NCBI GenBank assembly: GCA_964016885.1
Contig: OZ024747.1
Span: forward strand, 54,746,001 to 54,810,000
DNA length: 64,000 bases
DNA from: Eledone cirrhosa
Lineage: Eukaryota
Reading direction: 5' to 3'
This document shows, piece after piece, positions 43,595-56,200 of the stretch. Made by a program: the position numbers and the translations under genes. Within the stretch, counting starts at the first letter, position 1; each line of letters starts with the position of its first letter. The notes beneath the pieces were generated by a model. That model ran no database searches. It was not told the DNA's origin and was given only the letters and a program-made list of their open reading frames with translations.

Positions 43595-43727
43595 TATTGT
43601 GCATATTTATATGAGATATTTTTTATATATTCCTTTCCACATGCGTATACTTCCCAGATAATTTCTAATTGGTGGTCACTGAAGAGATTAAAGTAATATT
43701 CATATATATATATTTATTATCCACTAC

Positions 43728-43804
<77 letters not shown>

Positions 43805-43949
43805 GTGTATGTGTGTATGAGCTGGCGCATGTATGTATTTTACGTATGTAATTATAAAATCAATTCTATTCTCGGGAAGTAGGATTTCCAGGAAAGAAAA
43901 ACCAACAAAAAAATAAATAAATAAAAATAAAAAAATAAATAAATAATAA

Positions 43950-43953
43950 TAAT

Positions 43954-44034
<81 letters not shown>

Positions 44035-44225
44035 AGTGATAACAACAACAACAACAATAACGATGATAATAAAAAAAACAACAACAACAACAACAGCAAT
44101 GACTACAACAACATCAATAACATTATCATCATCAACAACATATACAGCGGCAAGAAAAGAAGAAATAACAACACCACAACCACCACCACCACCACCACCA
44201 CCACCACCGACAACAACAACAACAG

Positions 44226-44270
<45 letters not shown>

Positions 44271-45156
44271 TAGCAATGATAATAAAACAACAACAACAAC
44301 AACAACAACAACTACAACAACAATAACAATGATAATAAAACAACAACAACAACAACAACAACAACATCAACAACACCAACTACAACAACAATAACAATGA
44401 TAATAAAAGCAACAACAACAAAAGCAACAGCAATGACTACACCAACATCAATAACATTATCATCATCAACAACATATACAGCGGCAAGAACTGAAGCAAT
44501 AACACCACCACCACCACCACCATCACCAACACCAACAACAACAACCACCACAACATGATAATAAAAACAACAACAACAACAACAGCAATGACTACAACAA
44601 CATCAATATATCGGTAGAGGGTCGGACGCCATTCTTTGACGTATAGAGTTATGGCCCTTGTCATTCTGAGTTCAAATCCCGCCGAGGTTAACTTTGCCTT
44701 TCATCCTTACGGGGGGGGGGGGTCGATAAAATAACGTACCAGTAATGCACTGGGGTATTTGCTGGTCTTGTGCCTAAAGTAGAAACAATTATCCTCATCA
44801 ACAACATATACAGCGGCAAGAACAGAAGCAATAACAACACCAACACCACCACCACCAACAACAACGACAACAACAACATCACCACCACCAACAACAACAA
44901 CAACATCATCACCACCACCACCACCACCACCACCACCACCACCAACAGCAACAACAACAACACCACCACCAACACCACCACCAACAACAACACCACCACC
45001 ACCACCAACAACAACAACACCACCACCACCAACACCACCACCAACAACAACAACAACACCACCACCAACAACAACAACACCACCACCAACAACAAAAACA
45101 ACACCACCGCCACCACCACCACCACCAACAACAACAACAGCAACAACAACACCACC

Positions 45157-45188
<32 letters not shown>

Positions 45189-45250
45189 CAACAACACCAA
45201 CAACAACAACAACAATACCAACAACAACCACCACCAACAACAACAACACC

Positions 45251-45282
<32 letters not shown>

Positions 45283-45313
45283 CAACACCACCGCCACCAA
45301 AACCACCACCAAC

Positions 45314-45345
<32 letters not shown>

Positions 45346-45683
45346 CAACACCACCACCAACAACAACAACAACACCACCACCAACAACAACAACAACACC
45401 ACCGCCACCACCACCACCAACAACAACAGCAGCAACAACACCACCGCCACCAACACCACCACCAACACCACCAACACCACCACCAACAACAACAACAACA
45501 ACAACACCACCACCACCAACAACAACAACACCACCACCAACAACAACACCAACACCACCGCCACCACCACCACCACCAACAACAACAACAGCAACAACAA
45601 CAACACCACCACCACCACCACCACCAACAACACCAACAACAACAACAACAACAATACCACCACCAACCACCACCAACAACAAC

Positions 45684-45715
<32 letters not shown>

Positions 45716-46032
45716 CAACAACACCACCACCACCACCACCACCACCAACACCACCAACACCACCACCAACAACAACAACAACAACAACACCACCACCACC
45801 AACAACAACAACACCACCACCAACAACAACACCAACACCACCGCCACCAACAACAACAACACCACCACCAACAACAACACCAACACCACCGCCACCGCCA
45901 CCACCACCAACAACAACAACAGCAACAACAACAACAACAACACCACCACCACCACCACCACCAACTACACCAACAACAACAACAACAACAATACCACCAC
46001 CAACCACCACCAACAACAACACCACCACCACC

Positions 46033-46064
<32 letters not shown>

Positions 46065-46140
46065 CAACAACAACACCAACAACAACAACAACAACACCAC
46101 CACCACCAACAACAAAAACAACAACAACTACAACAACGTC
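43950..46140. repeat. (AAT)/(CAA)/(CAC) compound low-complexity region with internal duplicated blocks
   Basis: Trinucleotide runs, with the block ATCAACAACATATACAGCGGCAAGAA appearing three times. Confidence 0.9.
44609..44792 (+). mobile_element. Slightly 5'-truncated SINE inserted in the third copy of a triplicated block
   Basis: SINE body with an expanded G-run. Empty paralogous sites at about 44111 and 44444 show the pre-insertion state. Confidence 0.9.
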
Positions 46141-46414
46141 AGCAGAATAAATCACAACAGAAACAACAAGACGAATAATATAGAGAAAAGAACAATTACT
46201 TCCTCAGCTCAATACATGTGGAAGCTCACCAAACAACCTACCCCCCGAGAGTTACTTTACTTCTATCTTCTCTTCGTCTCCTCAGTAATTCTTTGATATG
46301 TTTATTTATTTCCTCTAATGATCATTCTACTTATCATCTCCGTTGATTACTTCTTCTAATTAGTTTTGTAGCACTACCAGTATCATCATCATCATCATTA
46401 ACAGCGCCAGCCAG

Positions 46415-46454
<40 letters not shown>

Positions 46455-46633
46455 TGCAGCAGTAGCAGCAGAAATTAACGTGATCATCATCATCATCATC
46501 ATAAATCATCATCATCATCATGACCAACACACACACACGTCATCATCTTCATCAGTATCATCATCATCAGCAGCAGCAGCAGTAGCAGCGGCGGCGGCGG
46601 TGGCGTGATCATAAACGTCATCGTCATCATACA

Positions 46634-46692
<59 letters not shown>

Positions 46693-47449
46693 CCAACACA
46701 CACACATCATCATCTTCATCAGTATCACCATCAACAGCAGCGGCGGCGGCGGCGGCGGCGGCGGCGTCATCATAAACATCATCATCAACATCATCAACAT
46801 CAACATCATCATCATCGTCGTCGTCATCATCATCATTCTCATCTTCATCATCATTATTCCCGTCTGCCACATCGTCATCATCATCACTTCCATCATCATT
46901 ATCATCATCATCATCATCAGCAGCAGCAGCAGCAGCAACAGTAGCGGCATTATCATCATCAAGATCACCAGCATCATCATCATCATCATCACCTCACCAA
47001 TCACCAGCATCATCAATTCTATCATCATCATCACCACCATCATCTCACCAATCACCAGCATCATCACTTCCATAATCATCATCAACATCATCATCATCTT
47101 TTTCATCATCATCGTCATCACCCACACCAGCATCATTATCAGCGCCTCCATTCATGTACTTTCCGTCGACATCATCATCATAAGCAGCATCAGCACCACC
47201 AGCATCAGTACCACCAGCATCAGTACCACCAGCAACAGTACCAGCAGCATCAGTACCACCAGCATCAGTACCAGCAGCATCAGTACCACCAGCATCAGTA
47301 CCAGCAGCATCAGTACCACCAGCAGCACCAACAACAACAACCACAACAACAGCAGTCTCACCATTATCACAACTACTATCACCATCCTCACCATAAGCAT
47401 TGTTACCATACTTTTTATTATGCTATTAGTTGTAATGTTGCATGATGAC

Positions 47450-47518
<69 letters not shown>

Positions 47519-47601
47519 GATGATGAAGTAATATTAATGAGGATTTCAATGTCACGTACCCAATATGTAATCACATATATATGTGTATTATCTCTCTCTC
47601 A

Positions 47602-47702
<101 letters not shown>

Positions 47703-47964
47703 CATATATATCACAGAATAAAGATAATCGGTTTAGCGACTGATTCTCTTTTTCTGTGTGATATCATACTCTGCTGTAAGAGGGCATCGAGTGCTCATAC
47801 GACCTACCGCATACGGGCGCTTTAAGCATCCAACACCAATTATATTTATATATATATGTGTGTGTGTAAATGAAGTAATTCCGTCGGAAAAGTCCAGGAA
47901 AAAAGAGTGCTCTATGTAGGTAACAGAGCTTAATAGTTATGTAATAAACAACATAAGGCAATTA

Positions 47965-48025
47965 TTTCATTTACCAGCGGTTTCTTAAAAGCAAAAAAAT
48001 GTTGCTTTCAATCATCAGAATGAAA
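47965..48025 (-). ncRNA. Type-I hammerhead ribozyme (family D, left arm)
   Basis: TTTCATT-CTGATGA-TTGAAAGCAA-loop-TTGCTTTTAA-GAAAC-CGCTG-GTA-AATGAAA. Stem I is 7 bp, stem II is 10 bp closed by U-A, stem III is 3 bp, and the predicted site is GUA. Confidence 0.8.
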
Positions 48026-48102
48026 AAGTCCTGGCGTATTTATTGACGTTGGATTTACAAAAAACCTTTTAAAATCCAACGTCAATAAATACGCCAGGAT
48101 TT

Positions 48103-48163
48103 TTTCATTCTGATGATTGAAAGCAACATTTTTTTGCTTTTAAGAAACCACTGGTAAATGCAA
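48103..48163 (+). ncRNA. Type-I hammerhead ribozyme (family D, right arm)
   Basis: Same motif on the plus strand with two substitutions. Confidence 0.78.
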
Positions 48164-48203
48164 TAATTGCCTTATGTTGTTTATTACATAACTATATATA
48201 TAT

Positions 48204-48501
48204 ATTTCGTTTCTGAATTTGTTTAGCAAGATTCTTTATCTGAAATCGTGTGTTGAAACCGATATTGTTATACTTTGGGAGGGTCATGTTGCCAGTAATC
48301 CCCAGTCACTGAAGAGCTCACAGAATGTGTGACGAAAGAACTTTGACAATATATAAACAACTATCTGGTTGTGGAACCAACCAACCAACCAGAAATTTGT
48401 AAATTCCTAAATTTATAAATTTATTATAATAAATTGAAGTGAAAGCAACTGGTGCGTGTGTTTCTTATTGGCAACATGACCCTCCCAAAGTATAACAATA
48501 T
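48204..48501. mobile_element. (TA)n-flanked cassette with a 37-bp inverted overlap and an HHR (family E)
   Basis: ATATTGTTATACTTTGGGAGGGTCATGTTGCCAGTAA (48262-48298) is inverted at 48465-48501. Both outer ends abut (TA)n. Confidence 0.75.
48305..48347 (+). ncRNA. Minimal type-I hammerhead ribozyme (family E)
   Basis: GTCA-CTGAAGA-G(C)TCACA-GAATG-TGTGAC-GAAAG-AA-CTT-TGAC. Stem I is 4 bp, stem II has a bulge, stem III is very short, and the predicted site is CUU. Confidence 0.65.
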
Positions 48502-48568
48502 ATATATATATAATATAAAAAAGGAAAAAAATATATTTTTCTTCCTAATAATCGTCTCTTTCTCCCTG

Positions 48569-48610
<42 letters not shown>

Positions 48611-48616
48611 ACTCAC

Positions 48617-48668
<52 letters not shown>

Positions 48669-48672
48669 TCGC

Positions 48673-48788
<116 letters not shown>

Positions 48789-49974
48789 TGTCAGTATGTG
48801 TGTGTATGTGTGTATGTGGGTCTGTGTCTGTGTGTGTGTCTGTTTGTGCATGTTTCTCTAATTTGTGTGTGTGTGTATGTCTGCATCCAAAGTGTTGGTT
48901 CCTGTCGTTTGGAGATCCGTAAATTGGATTTCATAGATACATTATTGCAGACATTTCCCATCACAGCCATCTCAGTAAATTTCACAACCTCCTCTTTTGA
49001 TGAATCTCAGTTGTGTATTGTATCAAACTGCCCTCCAAAAACTGTGTTGAAAAAATGATATTTTCCTTACTGAAAAGCCTTTTAAGAATTAGGATACTCA
49101 GCCACATCAATACAGAAAAGTTATCTTCATTATCGCTGCTACATTGTAGGGTAATTGTTCATATATCTATATACTTGGTTTCATCTTTACTATTAAGTAT
49201 TTTAACCTGAAAATTTGACTGTGTATAGTGTTTTTTTGAACAAATAGTCAATCACTTGAATCGGGATCAGACTTAATTACATCTGTTTTTGATGTATATA
49301 TGTTTATTTATTCATTTATTCATTTTCAACGTCCGTATTGAGCTAGTAAACCATGACAGGCATGGGGAAGGTTCGAGTACTTTTTCCAGTTGGTAATCAA
49401 AAAGAGCTAGTGAGACAAGTAATAAAAAAAGAAAGAAAAGAAGAAAAAACTATAAATAAAAATAAAAAAAGATAAATAGGGGAACAAAATAAAATAACAA
49501 AAATAAAATTTCAAATATTGAAGGCCTATGGGATGCAGATTATGCATAAGATGGCGAAAAGTAAAAAAAGAAACAAGAAAATCTTTAAAACAGCTAGACG
49601 TTTCTCTTGAATCTATTCTTAGCTTCCATGTACTCAAATATTTTGTTTATATTTGGTAGACCTGTAATCATATATTGAACTTTCAATCTTGGTAGATTTT
49701 TAAAGGTTGGTTCCAACATGGCCTCTTACACTGATAGATACTACATTAGAACAAATAGTTCCAAAGAGCTTCTCGTGAGCCACCACAAAAACATAGAGAT
49801 GAATCACTACGACCTATTGTTGATAGAATGTAGTTCAAATGTATATGTCTAGTACGAACCCAGCATATATGTATATTCGTGCGAATGAGTGACTCAAGTT
49901 CATACGGTTTTGAGTTAAATTCCGGGTGGCTCTAAATTTCACGTTTGCCATATTCATGTAGAGCCAAATTTTTT

Positions 49975-50397
49975 TTTAATTATTATTTGAATATGGCAAA
50001 GCCGGCCATCGATCGCTCGTATACAGGATAATGACAGGCTAATCTGCTGATATGCAAATCTGGCTGATCAGTGGATCTGACTGATCAGCCAGTCTGCTAA
50101 TATGCAAATCAGGCCGATCAGTCACTATATATTTTAGAAAATATCATATATTTTCATTAGCTCTGGCAGTCAACAGTTGAACTGATGAAGGGTAATACCC
50201 CAAAACATTAGACTCTGCAGTTCTGTATACATGCCAACACAAGAACAAGTATGAGGGGGTCATTCTACTGATATGGCTTTAAACATGAGGCTTGTTAGCA
50301 TAATTGCAAACGAAACGTATATTATTATTAATATTCGAAAAACTCAGATTAAATTTATTATGTTCATCCATGTAGAGCAAACATTTCGTTTTATTTC

Positions 50398-50400
<3 letters not shown>
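49975..50400 (+). mobile_element. Decayed octamer plus HHR-like cassette related in layout to families A/B
   Basis: ATGCAAAT occurs at 50052 and 50102, flanking a 13-bp inverted repeat CTGGCTGATCAGT/ACTGATCAGCCAG. A degenerate core CTGATGA-AGGGTAATACCCC-AAAAC lies at 50182, and the cassette ends in (TA)n. Confidence 0.45.
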
Positions 50401-50441
<41 letters not shown>

Positions 50442-50445
<4 letters not shown>

Positions 50446-50606
50446 CTGTTTCTACTTTAGGCACAAGGCCAGCAATTACCCAGTGCATTACTGGTACTTT
50501 ATTTTATCGACCCCGTAAGGATGAAAGGCAAAGTCAACCTCGGCGGGATTTGAGTTTGACTTTGCCTTTCATCCTTACGGGGTCGATAAAATAAAGTACC
50601 AGTAAT
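50442..50606. mobile_element. 5'-truncated SINE folded back into a head-to-head palindrome inside (TA)n
   Basis: Perfect 51-bp arms at 50487-50537 and 50556-50606 with an 18-nt spacer. Confidence 0.92.
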
Positions 50607-50824
50607 ATATATATATAACCATATATATATATATATATTATATATATATAAAATAAAGTACCAGTTATATATATATATATAACTGCCTTTTCAGTTTGTG
50701 TGACGATTATAACATATGTTTATAGTTCTGCTTTTTAAACTATGGAGCGCTTGCCAGCATGACTCTGAATTTGCGTTACGTTTCGCTTTTTCTACCCACC
50801 GAAATGCGATTCTCGCTGAATTTA

Positions 50825-50895
<71 letters not shown>

Positions 50896-51468
50896 TATTC
50901 CATTGATTAATTTATTATTTGTGTTTGTTTAATAAGGACTGGTCGAGTGCTTCTTATTCGGTTTGTGCAGGGAACACAATTCCATTGTCTACATATTGAA
51001 TTTGCCCGGCAAAAATACCTGGGGTTATTTCCCTTGTTGGGAAAAAGCACTTGATAGTGGAAGCATTAACCGCTGCTAACAACAGTGGCTTACTGCTTCA
51101 TACCACACCGGGTCACAGCGCAGAACGAAAACCTGTTGATAACATGAATCCCCAGTTCGGTCTTCAAACACCAAAAACTTGCATACTCGCGCAAGTAGGA
51201 TTGTTGATTCTGATTTTTTAGAAACCTATCGCAGAAACGAAGATCTGCCTCAGAGAATGTCCAGGTTTGCTTGTTATTAACCGGTTGGTTTTCTCGTTGC
51301 TTCGGTGTCGTGGCTGGGTCTGCTTATCACAGCGTTCAATTTGTCATGTCGTCTAAGGAATGTTATTATTCTGAGACTCCTCATTGAGTGCTTGGCAGCA
51401 CATTTCTCGTTGTATCACGATGGCTTGGCTACAGCCAGTGCATCGATCTTACCAAACATTCATTTATA

Positions 51469-51526
<58 letters not shown>

Positions 51527-51942
51527 TATATGTATATATATATAGATATATAGATAGATAGATAGATAGATAGATATAGATCGATATAGATATATACATA
51601 TGTAATTGCCTCAAACAAATATATATACACACACGCGCGCGCGCACACACACACATACACACACACTACACATACATATATATACTATGTTTACAGAGAC
51701 GGAAAGGGAGAAAGGCAGAGAGACATATTGATGGGTAGGTGGAGAGATACACACGTAGATATAAAGATAAGTAGATAAATTGAGAGTCAGATTAATGTTT
51801 GAATGTTTTATATAGTATGGTATTTTAAACGCATTCTAATATAAAAAGATATGACGTGATAACTTAGATAGCAAGATAAATGAATTGCAGTTACAAACGA
51901 ACACTACGTCCGTTAGGTTTAAACACTCACACACACACACAG

Positions 51943-51990
<48 letters not shown>

Positions 51991-52459
51991 GATATGTAGA
52001 TAGATAGATCGATCGTTAGATAGTTAGATTGATATATCAGTAGACAGTTATATAAATAAATAAGTAGATAGATGCATTGATAAGGAGATAGATAAATGGA
52101 TATGTATGGAGATAGAATGGTAATTAAAAAAGTAGATAACAGCGAAAAAATAAAACGATAGACAGAGATTGATGTTTTAAAATGGTAAGAAATCTTCTTT
52201 GAATGTCACATCATATATACTTTGTTTAACCATAGATTCCACAGTCTGGAGAAACCGACTGGAATAAACAATGTAAAAAATTGCTAAAATAAAAAATGAT
52301 TATTTCAATGTAAATTAAAAGAGACACCATAAAAAATATGAAAGATAGAGTGAGGATGTATACATATATATTCATATATATATAGTTGTTGTATATCTTC
52401 AGCTAAATATGTACACACAAACACACACACACACATATATATATATATGAGTGTATGTG

Positions 52460-52539
<80 letters not shown>

Positions 52540-52739
52540 AATATATGTATATATATATAAATATATGTATATACATATATATACGAGGAGACTTCAGCAT
52601 ATATATGTGTACATATAATGTGCACATATATGCACACATGCCTACACTCATACATATATGTATGTATAACCAAGCATGTATATATAAAGAGAGAAGTTGG
52701 AGAGGGAGATGGGTGAACAGATTATTCATGATGCATATA

Positions 52740-52834
<95 letters not shown>

Positions 52835-53051
52835 CTAAAATATATTGTCTGTGACTGATGTATCAATTATGAAATTATGACAAAAATGAACAAGAACAAC
52901 AATATGATCAAAACAACAACTACATCAACAACAGAAACATTACCATGACACATATAACACAAAAACAACAAAAGCAACCGCAATATATATACGTGTATGT
53001 GTGCGTGTATGTTTGTGTGTGCGTGTATGCATGTGTGTGTGTATGTGTGTA

Positions 53052-53086
<35 letters not shown>

Positions 53087-53269
53087 TTGTGTGTGTGTAA
53101 AATATAATATATGATTGATATTAACGTAATATATCATAAATTATTTTGTTGTTCAATTACTGATTTTTTTTTATTTATTTCCTTGGTTAAGTAATTTTTT
53201 AACCACCATTTTGTCTTGTCGTGTCGTTCATGATTGTGTTGTTTTCGTTGCTGAACTATCATTATCATC

Positions 53270-56200
53270 ATCATCATTATTATTATTATTATTATTATTA
53301 TTGTTATTGTTATTCCTTGAATCTCAGTCATTGATGTTGGTTAACTGGAAAGTCCGTTGGATTGAATATCAAGCCACTACCTGCAGCCTCAGATATTCAG
53401 GACGTATCGGAGGGTTCTTGCCGTTCCAAGCAAGCATGCCTTTTGAAGCGTTCCAAAAAGCGTGAAGGGGCCGATTTTCTTTAACCATCCCTGGAAACCT
53501 TTGGAGATAGTCCCCAGTGCGCCTATGACAATCGGGATCACTTTGACTTCATGGCAGTTCCAAATCCTTTTCACCTCCCACTTTAGGTCCTGGTATCGGT
53601 TAATTTTCTCCCTCTCCTTCTCTTGCACTCTCGTGTCGAACGGGCAGGCCACATCCACAATCAGGCACGATCTTTTTTCTTTGTCCACAACCACCAGGTC
53701 AGGTCTATTGTGTTCCAGTTTTTTGTCCGTCTGTATCCTAAAATCCCACAGCACCTTCACCTGACTGTTCTCCATCACCGCCTCTGGCCTATGCTCATAC
53801 CATTTCTCAGAGTGTGGTAGATTGTTTACTTTGCACAGGTGCCAGTGGATCACCCTGCCCATCACATCGTGTCTCCAGCCCTTATAGTGGGTCTGGGCTA
53901 GGTGTTTACACTCGGACACAATGTGAGCCACAGTCTCCTCTCTCTCTCTACAGATCCTGCACAGTGGGCTAGCCTCCTCCTTGTAGATATGGTGCTTCAA
54001 CCACTTCGTTTTGAGGGCCTGCTCCTGCGCAGCCATTAGCATTCCTTCTGTAGCCTTTTTGAGGTCTCCTCTTCTCAACCAGTTCCATGTCTGTGGATCT
54101 CTAAATTCAGTTTTCTCAAAGAAGGTACTATGAAGGGATTTTCCCTTAAGGCTGCTCTTCCTCATTGATGTTATTTCCTCCTTGGGTATCCCCTGGCCTA
54201 CTGTCCCCTCCTTCAGTACAGCTCTGAGCATTGGCTCCTTACTATAGGTCACGTATTTGTATAGGTTGTTTTTCTCCATCTGAACACAGTCCTCTATGCT
54301 GATAAGACCTCTTCCACCCTCAGATCTCCTTAGGTAGAGTCTATCGACATCACTCCTCTTGTGGAACATGTTGTAGATAGTCAATAGCTTCCTAGTCTTC
54401 CTATCCATTTCTTTTTGTTCAGCAACATTCCATCTCAGGATTCCCGCACTGTACCTAATAATAGACACAGCTCGGGAATTTACTGCGCTTATGGCATTTC
54501 TGCTGTTCAGATGTGACTTCAATACGCTCCTTACTCTCCGAATGTATTCAGTTCTTAACAATTCCTTCATTTTTTTGTTCTTTATGCCATCAGCCTCCAG
54601 AACGCCCAAATACTTGTATCCTTCCTCAGAGTCAATTTCCTTTATCATCTCACCTGTTGGTATCTGGATCCCGTTACTTCTGCTCAACCTACCCCTCCTC
54701 ATCACAATGACTCCACATTTACCAATACCAAACTGCATACATATATCACTGCTGAAAATACGGACAGTGTCAACAAGCACATCCAACTCCTTCTCACTTT
54801 TCCCGAAGAGCTTAAGATCGTCCATGAAGAGGAGGTGATTGATGGTAAGCTCTCCCCTTCCCAACTTGTATCCTGCTCTCACTTTTCGCAGCATAATGGT
54901 CAAGGGCATCAGGGCAACGACAAACAACAGAGGGGACAGGCTATCTCCCTGGAAGATACCTCTCTTGATCTTCACGCTTCCCAAGGATACTCCAGTTGAT
55001 GTCAACTCTGTCTCCCAGGACCCCATACTCCTGCCCAGCAACTGTCTGATGTTATCTGCCACCCTGAAGATCTCCAGGCTTTTGGTGATCCAGGAATGAG
55101 GCACCATGTCAAATGCCTTTCTGTAGTCTATCCATCCCATGGCAAGATCAGTGTGTCTCCTCCTGCAATTCCCCATTACCATCTTATCAATAAGCAACTG
55201 GTCCTTTGTACCACGTGACTTCCTTCGGCATCCTTTCTGTTCGTCCGGCAACAAGTTGTTTGTGTGGAGGTGATGGTAGATTTCCTCAGACACAATGCTC
55301 GTCAACAGTTTCCACATTACGGGCAGACATGTGATAGGTCTATAGTTGGTAACATCATTACCCTTGATTCGGTCTTTCATTATCAGAACTGTGGTACCTT
55401 TTGTCAACCACTCTGGCACCTCACCCGACACCAAGCAGTCATTGAACATGGCCGTCAGCTTCGGGTGGAGGGATGTTAAATGTTTAATCCAATACCCCTG
55501 CACACCATCTGGGCCTGGTGATTTCCAGTTGGTTAGTTTTTTGGCTTGCCCCTTAAGAGTTTCAACTGTGATACTCAAATCAGTCTGTTTCTGTGCCTGC
55601 TCACCGATCTCCCTCTGTACTGTCTCAATCCACCCTGCCTGGGCATTGTGTCTAACATCCTGCTCCCATATTCCTCTCCAGAATGTTTTAGCTTGTTCCG
55701 CCCCAGGGATCAAGTCGTTGCCTCTTTCTTTCCCCTCAAGCTGTCCAAACAGCATCTTCTGGTTGTTGTCGAACATGCGGTTCTGTTTATACTGACTGAC
55801 TCTGTTCTCGTATCGCCTGATTTTGGCACTCTTTGCTACAATGCGTTGCTTCAATTCCTCTATGATAATATTTAGCTTTTTACTCCTAGTTTTGTATTTT
55901 ATTTCCAGTCTATTTTTAGTGCCTATGTTTTTTAGTGTCCCATTCAGTAGTGACTCAAGCTTTCCTATGTCATTTCTCATTTCCCCGATTTGCCCACTCA
56001 GTCGCTTCCTCCACCACGGCTCTGCTCTTTCTTGTCTGTTGTTTCCTCTCGCTTTTATACCAAGTAGTTTCCTCACCGTATTTGCTGTTGCTTTGAGGAT
56101 ATTGTTGCACTGGTGAAGACTCCTCGCCTCAAGGTATGGGATGACTTTGTTTACCTTAGCTGTTGTTTCTTTTAACTTTTTCCTGTCTACAAATCTTAGG

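Larger units (their letters stand above)
47933..48195. mobile_element. Fold-back palindrome (about 124-bp arms) carrying an HHR in each arm (family D)
   Basis: Arms are about 47933-48056 and 48072-48195 with few mismatches, and (TA)n lies on the right. Confidence 0.88.

Noticed and set aside
44688-46296. 350-500 aa ORFs on both strands
   Set aside because: Stop-free CAA/CAC low-complexity DNA, open in several frames at once.
50930-51460. GC-richer segment, possibly a LINE 5' remnant
   Set aside because: It could not be assigned to any family from sequence alone.
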